Positions 11,258-24,361 of a stretch of DNA of 64,000 bases are shown here, piece after piece; within the stretch, counting starts at the first letter, position 1, and each line of letters begins with the position of its first letter. Source of the stretch: Octopus vulgaris (taxonomy: Eukaryota); NCBI GenBank assembly GCA_951406725.2, contig OX597819.1, positions 33,232,001 through 33,296,000 of the forward strand. Reading direction: 5' to 3'. The notes under the pieces were generated by a model. The model made no database searches. It was not told the DNA's origin and saw nothing but the letters and a program-made list of their open reading frames with translations. The position numbers and the translations under genes are program-made.

Positions 11258-11325
<68 letters not shown>

Positions 11326-11746
11326 GAAAGCTCTCAGCTTATTTTGCTAGATATTACGAAAGGTATCATCTGTCCACAGCCAGTAGACTAAGGTGACACC
11401 TATTTACTGATTATGCTTCAAGAACCCTGCGGAGAACACTCGCAGTTTCCAAGCAATGTTGATTTTTGTGGATGTTCAATCTTTACATTTGTACCAATCA
11501 TTTTGAGCCATGCTGGTAGTTGAGTGCTGATACTTCCAAGGGTACCAATTACTATTGGTATCATGTCAACACCACTCTCCGTTGCCCACAACCTGCATGT
11601 GTCAATTCATCATAGTTGTTCGCTTTTTCTTCTTTCTCTTTGATCCTGTTGTCACCGGGACATGCTATGTCGATTATCATGCAAGATTTTCCTGTTTTTG
11701 TTCAACACAACAATGTCAGGCTTCCGATGTTTAATCTGATGTCACA

Positions 11747-11750
<4 letters not shown>
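11326..11750 (-). mobile_element. R4/Dong family B, 3' fragment
   Basis: Decayed IKHRKPDIVVLNK..MIIDIACPGDNR. Its 3'UTR matches that at 47617. Flanked by ATT/AAT repeats. Confidence 0.75.
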
Positions 11751-11820
<70 letters not shown>

Positions 11821-11869
11821 TAATAATAATAATAATAATAATAATTATAATTATAATAGTAATTATTAA

Positions 11870-11900
<31 letters not shown>

Positions 11901-12454
11901 GAGTGAGAGAGCAGTGCATGCCATCAAAGTGACACTGGGGTAAAATATACGAAGCCCAATATACCCATCATGACTACCCGTCTGATAAAGGTACACCAGG
12001 CACATGCATCACAACCATATGTGCGCGACATGGTGATCTCATATCAAGATAAACAGCACATGACCTTGCAGGTGGGGCCCAGTTAGAATTTTCTTCTGGT
12101 TGAGTAGCCCATCCCGCTCAAACGGTCCCTGAATAAGGGTTGTTTAAGGATGTTGAAAGAACCACCCATGTTTCCAGAGGTGAACTATTCAAACCCCAAA
12201 GAATCCCTCTCAACACATGGCTATGATGCTCCCCCACTACTTCTGCACGTGATCAGAGATGCACATATCGTCAGCCACTAAGGGACATGCTCAACTGGTT
12301 AAGGTCAAACAACTGACAAGCAAATCTGTGGTATTGAGCAGAATAGTTGCTGTAGCCCATGTTTTATACCAAGACAAAACAATGTACATGATAACACTTC
12401 CAATCAGTTAAGATCAGAAGCCATGAGAGCCACTGCCTGGTACTGCATCAGGGC

Positions 12455-12458
<4 letters not shown>
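11901..12458 (-). mobile_element. ~555-bp retroposon, full-length copy 2
   Basis: Same termini as copy 1, in (ATT)n. Confidence 0.9.
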
Positions 12459-12506
<48 letters not shown>

Positions 12507-12553
12507 CATTATTATTATTGGTATTGTTATTATTATTATCATCATCATCATCA

Positions 12554-12588
<35 letters not shown>

Positions 12589-13147
12589 GAGTGAGAGAGC
12601 GGTGCATGCCATCAAAGTGACACAGGGTACAAATATACGAAGCCCAGTATACCCATCATGACTACCCGTCTGATAAGTGTACACCAGGTACATGCATTAC
12701 ATGCATTATATGTGAGGCATTGTGGTCTCATATCAAAATAAACATCGCATGACCTTGCAGGTGGGGCCTAATTAGAATTTTCTTCAATTTGAGTAGCCCA
12801 TCCCGCTCAAAAGGTCCCTGAATAAGGTTTGTTTAAGGATGATGAACGAAACACCCATGTTTCGAATGGTGAATTATTCAAACCCCAAAGAATCCCTCTC
12901 AACACATGGCTACGATGCTCCCCTTCTACTTCTGCTCGTGATCAGAGATGCACATATCGTCAGCCACTAAGGGACATGCTCAACTGGTTAAGGTCAAAAA
13001 AGGGACAAAGAAATCTGTGGTATTAAGCAGAATGTTTGCAGTAGCCCATCTTTTATGCAAAGATAAAACAATGTACATGATTATATTTCCAATCGTTTAA
13101 AATCAGAAGCCATGAGAGCCAGTGCCTAGTACAGTATCAGGACATTT
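12589..13147 (-). mobile_element. ~555-bp retroposon, full-length copy 3 (more diverged)
   Basis: Same termini, in (ATT)n. Confidence 0.9.
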
Positions 13148-13149
13148 AC

Positions 13150-13203
<54 letters not shown>

Positions 13204-13223
13204 CATTATTATTATTATTATTA

Positions 13224-13530
13224 GTCTTTATCTCTCGATCTTATGTGATATGCCGGTTCCTTCTGCTGAATAGCAAGTCATAGCCTTTAGTCACTGGTAT
13301 CCAGCATCTTTCAGAAGTTTTTTGCAGTCCGTATACAAGTTTTCTGTATAATATTGACGTTTATGTCATAACCAATATGTTCCTCGAGTTTTTCGAAATT
13401 TCTGCGCACAGGTACCCAATACACCGATGATGTGTGGCGCTACCTTTACACTCTTATATTTCTTCAGCTACCCAATCTATCTTAAATCATTGTACTTATC
13501 AAGCTTTACCTGTTCTTTCTCTTTCACTCT
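13224..13530 (-). mobile_element. Decayed R4/Dong-like 3' fragment
   Basis: Remnants of the RLE C-terminus (atcggtgtattgggt, cagaaaact..ggactgca), adjacent to (ATT)n. Confidence 0.45.
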
Positions 13531-13536
13531 TGTAGG

Positions 13537-13808
13537 GGAAGGGTATCTTTTTTTCTTCACAAATGTAAACAAACCCAATCTGTTTCTTAAACGAGGGAAT
13601 ATTCATACGGCACAGATTGTTTTGAAATTGGTTGAAATTGCAGAAATTGAAGAAAAAAAAAACAAATATCTTACAAACTATAGAATTTTCACAATAAAGC
13701 CAAGAGAAAAAGAAGTTTTATAAACACATTCTACCAGTATACACAGTTTAAAATTCTTTAGTTACCTAGAAATTATGTTAAAAACTGTCGTTCAAACCGA
13801 AAAGATCC
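13537..13808 (-). mobile_element. Partial copy of the GG-ended MITE at 53137
   Basis: Ends in the TIR gttcaaaccgaaaagatcc. The body is the reverse complement of ~53137-53430. Confidence 0.8.
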
Positions 13809-13965
13809 ATTGCAGCTAATAACAAAAAAATTCAACGTTTGATATTGATCTGTTAATCCGAAAAGGGACAGTTCAGCAACACTGTGTTACACGACTTTAG
13901 TCCGTGGGTGGAAACTGTTATATCGTATTTGCTTATCCCCGGGAAGTATGAAAAATGGCTAATAT

Positions 13966-14160
13966 TTCTTTCAAATTTTGCTACATTTATTCAAACCCCA
14001 AAGAATCCCTTTCAAAACATGGCTATGATGTCAGCTCACCCACTAATCTTTCTCATCATCAGAGATGCACATATTACAAGCCACTAAGGAACATGCGCAA
14101 GTGGTTAAGGTCAAGCAACTGACAATCAAATCTGTGATATTGAATGGAATATTTGCTATA
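13966..14160 (-). mobile_element. Old internal fragment or variant of the ~555-bp retroposon
   Basis: Matches the element's interior (ttattcaaaccccaaagaatccct...gaatatttgct) with more substitutions than the other copies. Confidence 0.75.
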
Positions 14161-14502
14161 ACGATATTTGTCTCAGCAACTCAGCGCTGAATGTGTCTGA
14201 TATGCAGTGGAAAATAGGTCAGTTTGAAAACATTGATGTCCAGGTAGAAAAAGCAATGTTTGAAGGGAATAGTAGTCATTTCCTTTGATTTTTAGATAGA
14301 AACAAATGGGAAATAACACTCACTGACTAACGACAAAAGAAATTTTGTTGCATCTAACAATATTACTGATACATCATTTACCAATCTTAAGTGAATGTGT
14401 AATGGGCTCAAAACGACCGTGGAAGGATTTGAACTTAGGTTTAGGAATAAGAAATTAAATGCTTTGAATCTCTTACGTAGGTTCTCTGCGACAAATTTGT
14501 TT

Positions 14503-14895
14503 TCTACTCTAGGCACAAGGCCCGAAATTTTAGGGGAGGGGACCAGTCGATTATATCGACACCAGTACGCAACTGGTACTTAATTTATCGACCCCGAAAG
14601 GATGAAAGGCAAAGTTGACCTCGGCGGAATTTCAGCTCAGAAAGTAAAGACAGACGAAATACCTATTTCTTTACTACCCACAAGGGGCTGAACACAGAGG
14701 GGACAAACAAGGACAGACAAACGGATTAAGTCGATTATATCGACCCCAGTGCGTAACTGGTACTTAATTTATCGACCCCGAAAGAATGAAAGGCAAAGTT
14801 GACCTCGGCGGAATTTCAGCTCAGGATGTAAAGATAGACGAAATACCGATATGCATTTCGCCCGGCGTGCTTGCGTTTCTGCCAGCTCGCCGCCT
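14503..14895 (-). mobile_element. Family-B SINE, dimeric form (two core modules)
   Basis: The module ctggtacttaatttatcgaccccgaaag.atgaaaggcaaagttgacctcggcggaattt occurs twice; head at ~14880-14895. Confidence 0.8.
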
Positions 14896-15180
14896 TTCTG
14901 CAACACATTTCTAAAAGATGCCATCCAACCTCTCTAGTTTCCTGTTTTTTTTCAGTGAAAACTGTCTTGTGACAAGAACGAAATCTTTTAATATTCAGGA
15001 ATCCCTCAATATTCTTTATTACTATAGGCACAGGGCCTGAAATTTTGTGGGAGGGGGCAAGTCGATTACACCAACCCCTGTGTTCAATTACTCGTAGTTG
15101 TCGATACCGAAAGGATGAAAGTTAAAGTCGACCTCAACGAAATTTAAATTCAAAACGCAGAGAGCCGGTAGAAATGCCGC

Positions 15181-16235
15181 GGATCTTTTCACCTTCATCG
15201 CTAGATCGAGAAATTAATTTTTTTATAACTAAACACTTTCAAACTTCGGACACTGGTAGAATGCGTCATGTAAAACATCTTTTAATCTTAGCATTTTTGA
15301 GAAAAGTTTTTATTTACGAAGTTATTTCGTGTTAAAGTTGTCGTAATTTGGTAATTTCAACCAATCAATGACGTGTATTACTGCTGTTGTTTGTCAACAA
15401 CTTCCGGTGGTGTATATTTCGTTACTGTGTCACTGTTATTTATGACATATTTCATTTCAGTTACGTTTGTATGAATAAACGAGTGTATCTGAAGCATGTT
15501 TACTTCATGGCACTACCATAATCGTTCGTCCATTTCTACTGCTTTTTAGGGGTTTTTTTCCTGTTTTTCAGCCACTATTTTCGGAAAGACTTCCTGACCC
15601 CGCCCCCTTTTTTTTCGCAAATTATTATTTTCTTAAATATTTTTTGGCCAAAAATCCAGCCTTTCGTATACGGAAATTCCAGAAAATTGCCAAAAATTGG
15701 AATTTTGAAGTTTTTTGGCCCCCATACCTCTCCCCTCCAATTTCTTCACTTTTCGCTTTTTTCTGTAACCCTAACCCTAAAACTCCAACCCTAAAACCCT
15801 AACCCTAAAACCCCAAGCCTAACCTTAAACCCTAACCCTAACCCTAAAACCATAATCATAACCCTAAAACCCTAACCCTAACCATTAAACCCTAACCCTG
15901 AAACCCCAACCCTAACCCTAAAACACTAAGGCTAAAACCAGTACAAACACACGAACGACGTTATAAATAACAGTGACAAACGAAATATACACCGGCGATA
16001 GTTGTTGACAAACAACAGCAGTAATTTTATTCAGCTGAATACACGTCATTGATTGGTTGAAATTACCAAAATACGACAACCTTAACACGAAATAACTTCG
16101 TAAATAGAAACTTTTCTCAACAACGCTAAGAGTAAAAGATGTTTTATATGACACATTCTGCTAGTATACGAAGTTTGAAAGTGTTTAGTTACAAAAAATA
16201 AATTCCTCGATCTGCCGATGAAAGTGAAAAGATCC
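15181..16235. mobile_element. MITE/foldback DNA transposon with 5'-GG termini and 8-bp TSD (Merlin-like), inserted in a family-B SINE
   Basis: TIR ggatcttttcac../..gtgaaaagatcc, TSD aatgccgc/aatgctgc, long imperfect inverted arms (~260 bp). SINE halves lie at ~15022-15180 and ~16244-16290. Confidence 0.8.
15768..15925 (+). repeat. Degenerate telomere-like (CCCTAA)n/(CCCTAAAA) array inside the MITE
   Basis: Seen directly. Confidence 0.85.
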
Positions 16236-16309
16236 AATGCTGCTAAGGATTTTGACCAGCATGCTTATGTTGCTACGAGCCCATCGTCTTGGAATTATTT
16301 AATATTAAT

Positions 16310-16918
16310 TTTAATTTATGGCACAAGGCCAGTTGGTTCGTGGAAAAGAGTAAGTCGATTAGATCGACATACTCAGCAGGTACTTATTTTTATCCATCCC
16401 GAATAGGATGAATGACAGAGTCGATTATGGCGACATTTGAAATCAGGACGTAAGGGCAGACGAAATGACGCTAAGCATTTTGTTGGGTGTGCTAACGATT
16501 CTGCCAGCTCGCCACCTTGAAACTATTTAATTTTAGTTACAAATTTGGCACAAGACCAGCAATTTTAGGGAGGAGATAAGCCGATTACATCGATCCCAGT
16601 ACTTATTTTATCGACCTTGAAAGGATAAAAGGCAAAGTCGACTTCGGTGGAATTTGAACTCAGAATGGAGCGACAAAGTAAATGCCTATTTCTTTACTAC
16701 CCACAAGGGGCTAAACACAGAGAGGACAAACAAGGACATACAAACGGATTAAGTCGATTATATCGACCCCAGTGCGTAGCTGGTATTTAATTTATCGACC
16801 CCAAAAGTATGAAAGGCAAAGTCGACCTCGACGGAATTTGAACTCAGAACCTAAAGACAGACGAAATACTGCTAAGCATTTCGCCCGCCGTGCTAACGTT
16901 TCTGCCAGCTCGCCGCCT
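16310..16918 (-). mobile_element. Two adjacent family-B SINEs (monomer ~16310-16518, dimer ~16540-16918)
   Basis: Core and head motifs as in the other copies. Confidence 0.75.
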
Positions 16919-17221
16919 TCGGAAATATTTGATATTAGAAAACAAAACATAAGGCAGGGCGTTGGCAAAATTGTTACCGCGCAGGAAAGAAAATACTCAC
17001 GCATTTCTTCAGACAATACGTTCTGAATTCAAAATTGCCGTCCACCCAAATAAGTACAAGTTGAGCACTGGGGTGGATGTAATCTACCTCCGAACTTGCT
17101 GGCCTTTTACAAAAGTTTTAAACCAATATTCAAAGAAAACATATGGTGGCAAGCTGGCAGAGTCGTTATTGCACCGGATTTCTGATTTCACGTTCTCAGT
17201 TCAAATGCCGTCGGGTGTCGA

Positions 17222-17458
17222 CCTTGCCTTTTCATCCTTTTGGTATGGATAAAATCATTACCAGCTGAGCCTTGCCTTTCATCCTTTTAGTATGGACAAA
17301 ATCATTGCCAGCTGATCTTTGCCTTTCATCCTTTTGGTATCGATAAAATCATTACCAACTGAGTCTTACCATTCATCCTTTTGGTATCGATAAAATCATT
17401 ACCAGCTGAGCCTTGCCTTTCATCCTTTTGGTATGGATAAAATCATTACCAGCTGAGC
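17222..17458 (+). repeat. Five copies of a ~47-bp tandem repeat of the SINE core, inside a family-B SINE (~17145-17505)
   Basis: Unit ccttgcctttcatccttttggtatggataaaatcattaccagctgag starting at about 17222, 17270, 17317, 17364 and 17411. Confidence 0.9.
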
Positions 17459-18382
17459 ACTTACCCCTTCCCCGAACTTGATGGTCTTGTGCCAAAATCT
17501 TAAATCAATATTAAAAGAAAACAAAATGTTATTGTTGCAAGATGCTAGATAATTTTCCTTTCCATCTTTACCCTACACACACGCGAGCACACAAAGACAG
17601 AAAGAAAACGTAAAAACTTCATAGAAATAAAAAGAAATGTTTAACTCTATGTTGATTACCAAGTTAAACTATACCAACTTTAGGTATTTGCATATATTTC
17701 AGTGCTGTAATATTTACAAAAGGCTTATGTTCTTTTTACAACAAAACATGTACGTCCTACTCCATCATCAATCTGAGTAATTGCTAGGTTATTGTATCTA
17801 TTATTTATTATTATTTATTTAACAATTTTTGCAGCTTTTTCTCCAATTTTTTTTCCCTTCATACATGAGACTTTACATAAACCTGATGAAAATAAATTCT
17901 TCAATTTACTTTTTTTTCCTCGTTACAACTAAAAAATACGAAGTTATTTTTCTTCAAGATATTGTGCAGTATGTACATTATATATAAATCCACGAATACA
18001 AATTAGTAACATGATTATTTCAATGAAAAAATGTCGTTTGTTTTCGGTAAACCGAATTAATATTTGCATCTCTAGATAATATTGTCACTAAATTATTTAA
18101 AATGATTCTTTTTAAACGTCTTATTTCCGAAAAAAAAGAAACTGCGGGTAAAATTTATCATTGCTGTTTTTCAAACTGAAAGCTTTAAGAATTGGGGAAG
18201 ACATCTGAACAGTTGCTTGCGCATGCGTTATTGTACCATTGGAGAGTTTGTTATTGTTTCTCTCTCTCTCCCCTCACTTCTCTCTCTCACACACACACTC
18301 TTTCACATACACGCACATTCTCTCTCTCTCACACACACACTTTATCTCTCTCTCTCTCTCTCACACACACTCTCTTTCTCTC

Positions 18383-18449
<67 letters not shown>

Positions 18450-18450
18450 T

Positions 18451-18659
18451 CAAGGGGATGCTGAAAAGTTCTCGGCTTTAAGGGTGTCACGAAAGGTCCA
18501 ACCTTCCGCGTTCTTTTACATGGCTTAGAAAAACTGAAGGGCCGCTGCAATAAGTCTGCGAATCTGAGAAGGGAATGAATATGTTGAATAAAATCCTAAT
18601 TAACTGATCCGCTTCTATTTTCTTTTACCCAAAGCCAGGAACTTTTCGGTACGCTCTCG
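18451..18659 (+). mobile_element. mariner-derived MITE
   Basis: Imperfect TIRs (gctgaaaagttctcggcttt / aaagccaggaacttttcggt). The interior encodes GLEKLKGRCNKSANLR, resembling a mariner C-terminus. Confidence 0.65.
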
Positions 18660-19305
18660 GATATAAATATATATATATATATATATATAAATACGTGTTT
18701 TTGTTCCCTTCTATTTTTCTGTGAGATGAACGAGCTTGCCCTTGCTCAAACTTTCTCCATTACAGGATTGGTCTTCCTTGACCCTTCTCTTACAGCGCAC
18801 CGTAACCGGTTCTGTAACAGGGGGAAGAGAGAGTGAGTGGATATCCGGTGAGGATTAAAAGGAAAATTAAGTGCACCAGTATTTAAACCCTCAGTACAGA
18901 GATACGAACCGAATACTGCAAGGTATTCTATCAGTGATACTAACGGCTTTCCCAAATATTTATTTAATACTTGATGCGTGTATGTGTGTGTGTTTATGTG
19001 TGTCTGTGAGCGCTAAAGTGGTTTTAATCTTGCTCTATATTTATATTTTTATTACGTATCATAATAAAAAGGCAGTATTCGAAAACTAAAGAATTAACGA
19101 ACATTTGAGATATTAAAAATGTCATCTAAGTATTGTCCTTTGTGTATGTTTATTACATGTAACGGCTATCGTCTATGTATGTAAAGTCTATTGTATGCCC
19201 TCCATATATACATACACACACACACACACACACTTACGCGCACGTGCACACACACTTACGCGCACGTGCACACACACACAAGCACACACACACACACACA
19301 CACAC

Positions 19306-19351
<46 letters not shown>

Positions 19352-19659
19352 GAAAGAGGGTTTGAAAATGCAGGGGGTCTTTTAGAGATGTTTATTGACT
19401 AGAGCGGTTTCACTTTAAAAAAATACATTATCAAAAGTAAAATATAAAGCTTTGTATAAGCTTTGTTGTGTTAAAAAATGGTTATCACAATTGTATTAAA
19501 ATATAGTTATACAGTCTTTGAAAATGATAAGAAAATGTTCAAAAATAGAGTCTTTGACAATGATAAGAAAATGTTAAATGGGGCAGCTCTACTTAGCATT
19601 TTGGGAGTGCAAGGTTGTTAATGGAATAGCAGCAGTGACCCAAGCATTCTTATCTCAAC

Positions 19660-19863
19660 TCTCCACGCCAATGGAAAGGCAAAGGCTGATACAACTTCTT
19701 GGCACCAGTGACGTTGTAACTCATTTCAACAGCTGAGTGAACTGAAACAACATGAAATAAAGTGTCTTGCTCAAGAATACAACACACATCCTGGTCCGGG
19801 AATCGAACTCACCACCTCATGATTGTGAGCACGCCGCTCAAACTACTGATCCACGCGCCTTCA
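19660..19863 (-). mobile_element. tRNA-derived SINE, family C
   Basis: Similar to the copy at 41838-42170, with the B-box on the minus strand. Confidence 0.65.
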
Positions 19864-20631
19864 CCCTAGTAGTATATTAAGGTTGCAAAACGAAATGCTA
19901 TGTCCTTGCTAGTAACTGATATTTATGTACCAGGTGTCAGGAATGTGATTGATACGTAAATTGATCTATCCAAAAGTGTTATACCGTTAAACGTGAGAAT
20001 TTAAGTAATGCGTTCGTGGATAGTTGAGGGGTGGGATGTTGTGCTGATGAAACAGCAATAACTCTCGAAATACGCATGTACACCCATTGCCCCATATACC
20101 TCCATACACGAAACGTTATAACTTACAGTGCTGGCTCTGAATTCTATAGAAAATCTGTAGTTTATCTGTCAATGAAATTAAGTGACAAAGAAATATGGAA
20201 TTATGAAATGATCTACATTAGCTTACGGCTGTTTCTGCTAGAGATACCATGGATTCAAAACTGAGCGATTGTGCATCACCTTATAGCGACCATGGAGGTC
20301 CTAAAATGAAGTGCGATTTATTTTAGCCACTCCGTGGAAGCTATGCGGTGATGAGCAAAATCAGCTCTGAATACACACCCTCTAATAGCAGAAGCTGCTG
20401 TAAGCCAATGAAGTTCGTTGCGTAATTTCTTGTCCCTTTGTCATTTATTTAATTTCATATTTCTCTCTGTACTTAACTAATGCTTTATTTTGAAGTACAT
20501 GTATATCAAGTTCTAAAACCAAGTTATTAATATCGCTATGCCTAAGCGAAACATTAATATGTGCGCGTGCCGGTGTGTTTGTGTGTGTGTGTGAGTAATA
20601 TATACATACATACACACATAAATATATGCAT

Positions 20632-20820
20632 GTGTACCGTTGGCGATTTTTTTTCCATCTGTCTTCTCTTCTCTGGATCTTTCCTTCTCCTATGTTTCCG
20701 ACGAAGAGCTCCGCTCGAAACGTTGAACCCTCCTTCTTTCCTTCCTTCATGAGCGTCCAATAATACTATATTTGTTCCACGTCCTCGCGTTGTTGTTTTT
20801 TTGTGCTTTCTTGTTTGGAT

Positions 20821-20826
<6 letters not shown>
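20632..20826 (+). mobile_element. Penelope-like pLTR remnant with a minimal hammerhead variant (20695-20727)
   Basis: ttt-CCGACGA-agagctccgctc-GAAAC-GTT-gaa, ends in (TA)n. Second copy at 42975-43168. Confidence 0.65.
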
Positions 20827-20889
<63 letters not shown>

Positions 20890-21568
20890 TACGGCTATCG
20901 TGTCTCACCTAAGTAACGTCTGTCATCTCGTGTGTAACGTGTGACATCATCGTCAATGTATGAATTGTACATGAACGTAACGTTTTATTGTCCATGCATT
21001 TAGGGCCTATCGAATAGCGTCTATGAAAATAACGACTTTTTTTCCAAAATAACTAACTTCTTACGTCTATTGTCTATGAATATATCGTATGAGGTCTTTG
21101 TGTATAACGTCCATCGATTATGTATGTAACGACTATCGAATATATATATATATATATAACGTCTGTTGTCCACCGTCAGTATACGAAACGTCACTCATAT
21201 AAACATCGTCCATCCTCTTTGATCTATACGTTACGTGTATTGACCATATTCTATGTACATAAATTCTATCGTCATAACTTATATGTGTTACATCTGTTGT
21301 CTTAGTATGTTAATATCTATCGTTCATTGTCGATGTATGCAACGTTTTCATCTACGTATATAATATTTATCGTCTATTTATGCCATGTTTATCGTCTCTG
21401 TATAACCTTTACCAACTAGGGTGTATGTGTGTAATATCTGCCGTCTAATTATATAAAGTTTATTGTCAATCGTTTTTGTGTAAGCCAGTTTATGTATGCA
21501 ACATATCTCACGTATTCATTGTATTTTTTATGTACAGAATATGTATGTAATATTTGTGGCGTATATCA

Positions 21569-21921
21569 GGCGGTGAGCTGGCAAAATGCTTTACGGTATT
21601 TCGTCTGCCGCTACGTTCTGAGTTCAAATTCCGCCGAGGCCGACTTTGCCTTTCATCCTTTCGGGGTCGATTAAATAAGTACCAGTTACGCACTGGGGTC
21701 GATATGATCGACTTAATCCGTTTGTCTGTCCTTGTTTGTCCTCTCTGTGTTTAGCCTCTTGTGGGTATGTCTACGTTTTGAGTTCAAATTCCTCTGAGGT
21801 CGATTTTGCCTTTCATGCTTTCTACGTCGATAAAATAAGTACCAGCTGAACACTGGAATCGATGTAATCGACTTACCCTCTACCCTGAAATTGCTGGCCT
21901 TGTGCCAAAATTTGAAACCAA
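21569..21921 (+). mobile_element. Family-B SINE, dimeric
   Basis: Head plus two core modules. Confidence 0.8.
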
Positions 21922-22354
21922 TACCTACGTATGAAACGTCTAATAATTACCCTTCATGTATATAACACTTTTCGTCTATTATCTAAGTAATGTACGTCTT
22001 CATCGATTATGTATGTATATAGTGCTAGTGCATGCATATGCAGCTACGTGCTTGCGCACATACACGCGAGTACTGTCAAAATCTCCGACCAATCACATAC
22101 AGCTAACTGGCATTCAATTGGCGTATCAAGTTTCGGGCATTTTGATTGGGTTTTGGATAGAAAATTCACAAAAAAAGTTACTTCTATTGATATTTTAATG
22201 GCTTTGCGAGGTGACTGGGGAAATGTAAAGATGTGCACGACCACCCTTGGACGTTTGTAAATGACCATAGAAAGTGCGAGCCCGCTAACTGAAAAATTGT
22301 GGATTTGTATATAGGACACACACACAGACATTTTGCCGTTTATATAGAGAGAGA

Positions 22355-22644
22355 TTCTTTTACTTGTCTCAGTCATTTGATTGACTGCGGTCATGCTGGA
22401 GCGCCGCCTTGTAGGATTGTAGCTGAACAAGTTGACGCCTGGACTTATTTTTAAGCTTAGTTCTTATTCTATCGGTTCTTTTTTCGAACCGCTAAGTTAC
22501 GGGCATGTAAACACACCAACACCAGTTGTCAAGTGGTGATGGGTGGGGTGCAGACACAAGCATACACACACTCACACACACGTAGACACTCACACACTCA
22601 CACGTATACACTCACACACACACTCACACTCATGTAGACGCTCA

Positions 22645-22695
<51 letters not shown>

Positions 22696-22865
22696 TTATA
22701 TATATTTACGACGGGATTCTATCAGTTTCCGTCTACCAAATCCACTCATAAGGTTTTACTCGGCCCAAGGCTATTGTAGAGGACACTTGCCCAATGTGCC
22801 ACACAATGGGACTGAACCCAGACATATGTGGTTCTGAAGCAAGCTTCTTACCATACAGCCACACC
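22355..22865 (-). mobile_element. Family-A SINE (diverged)
   Basis: Reverse-complement match to the 2690 SINE, including the internal CA/TA tract. Confidence 0.75.
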
Positions 22866-23414
22866 TCTATCGGCATTTTACCACATCTATCGTCTATCGT
22901 CGACTTATGTAACGTCTGTCATCTATTCTACATGTATATAAATTTTATTATCTCTACGTAGGCTACATCTATGATCTAAGGCCTATTTATCTAACTCTGT
23001 CGTCTACTTACCTATAACGACTATCTTCTATAGACTATTAACTATGTTTCCAACATTTGTTGGCTACCTATGTAAAGTCTGTCGACTCTCGTCTACGTAT
23101 TTATCGTTCATCATTTATGTATGTAACGTCTATGTTGTATTTATATATAACGTACATCGACTACCGCCTATGTATAAACATCTGTCTTTGTAAATAAAGT
23201 CTATCGTCTATCTATGTAACGTCTGTTATTTTTATTCTTTTGCCATTTATTTGTTTCAGGCATCGGACTGCGACCGTGCTGGAGCAACGCCTCGAGGCAG
23301 CGACTGCAATTTCGTAGTTTTGAAACGTAGTATAAAGAAATAACCACCTGGTCGAACTCCCACACATCCATCGTCTATGCATGTATCGTATAACCTATAT
23401 CTTCCATGTAGCTA

Positions 23415-23450
<36 letters not shown>

Positions 23451-23484
23451 GCACACACGTCTATATTCAACATCTATCATCTAA

Positions 23485-24039
23485 CAGGGGTCGGAGAACT
23501 TTTTTGACCAATTACCCCAAAATATATTTATTTACGCCGACGCTAACCCCTTGAACTGGAAGGAAGAAAATCATTGGTTCTTTGAATTCAAAACGTTTAC
23601 TGAATCTATTTATATGGCAATTATAAATATTAAAAGTATAAAACAAATGCGATAAAATAAAATTGATATCATCATTACGAAACAAAAGGATTTTTCTACG
23701 AACCTTTTCACTTCTAGGTTTGGAGAAGTGATGTCGTTTCATTTTTATTACAGTTACATCAAAATGTGGGCATTTTGATGCCAAAGTAATTTGGATACAG
23801 TCTTCAGGGTCAAATTCATTTCTCTGCTTTGTTTTTATATTCATTAGAGTGAATAATCCTTGTTCACAAAGGTAGGTTGTGGCAAAAGGCAGCAACTTTT
23901 TTACTGCTTCCTTATGCTAGAAGAAAACATTTCTGTCGTAAAAAGGAACACGTTTTTTTTTTACATTATTTTACTTATGTCTAATGAGTCCTCATTTTAA
24001 CCCCACTTGGGGCAATTTACCCCGGTTCACCGACCCCTG
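23485..24039 (-). mobile_element. Internally deleted hAT (Charlie/Buster-type) transposon
   Basis: TIRs caggggtcggagaac / gttcaccgacccctg, flanks atctaa(ca)/gtctaaca. Contains LPFATTYLCEQG..IKTKQRN of the hAT C-terminal dimerisation domain. Confidence 0.85.
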
Positions 24040-24295
24040 GTCTAACATCTATGAATATAACATTTGTCTGCGTATCTAACACCTATCATCTATGTATAAT
24101 CTCTATTGTCTATAATCTACGTGAATATATTTTGTCGTATCACTTTGTAACGTTTTTTGTCTTTCGTGCATGTATATAACGCCTACTGCCTATTGTATAT
24201 GAATGTAACCTCGATCGATCTTCTATAAAGACTTTCGTTCCTCGTCTATCTGTGCAACGCGTAGCATCTTTCGTATACGTAGGTAACTTCTATAG

Positions 24296-24353
<58 letters not shown>

Positions 24354-24361
<8 letters not shown>

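Larger units (their letters stand above)
7886..11261 (-). mobile_element. R4/Dong-clade RLE-type non-LTR retrotransposon (family A), 5'-truncated
   Basis: RT plus CCHC plus restriction-like endonuclease, ~170-nt 3'UTR, (ATT)n on both flanks. Confidence 0.9.

Noticed and set aside
7233-13147. Repeat-spacer alternation superficially like a CRISPR array
   Set aside because: The units are ~555-bp retroposon copies separated by microsatellites in eukaryotic DNA. There are no short repeats with unique spacers and no cas genes.
15768-15925. CCCTAA array as a true telomere or chromosome-fusion scar
   Set aside because: It is short, degenerate and enclosed within MITE TIRs with a TSD.
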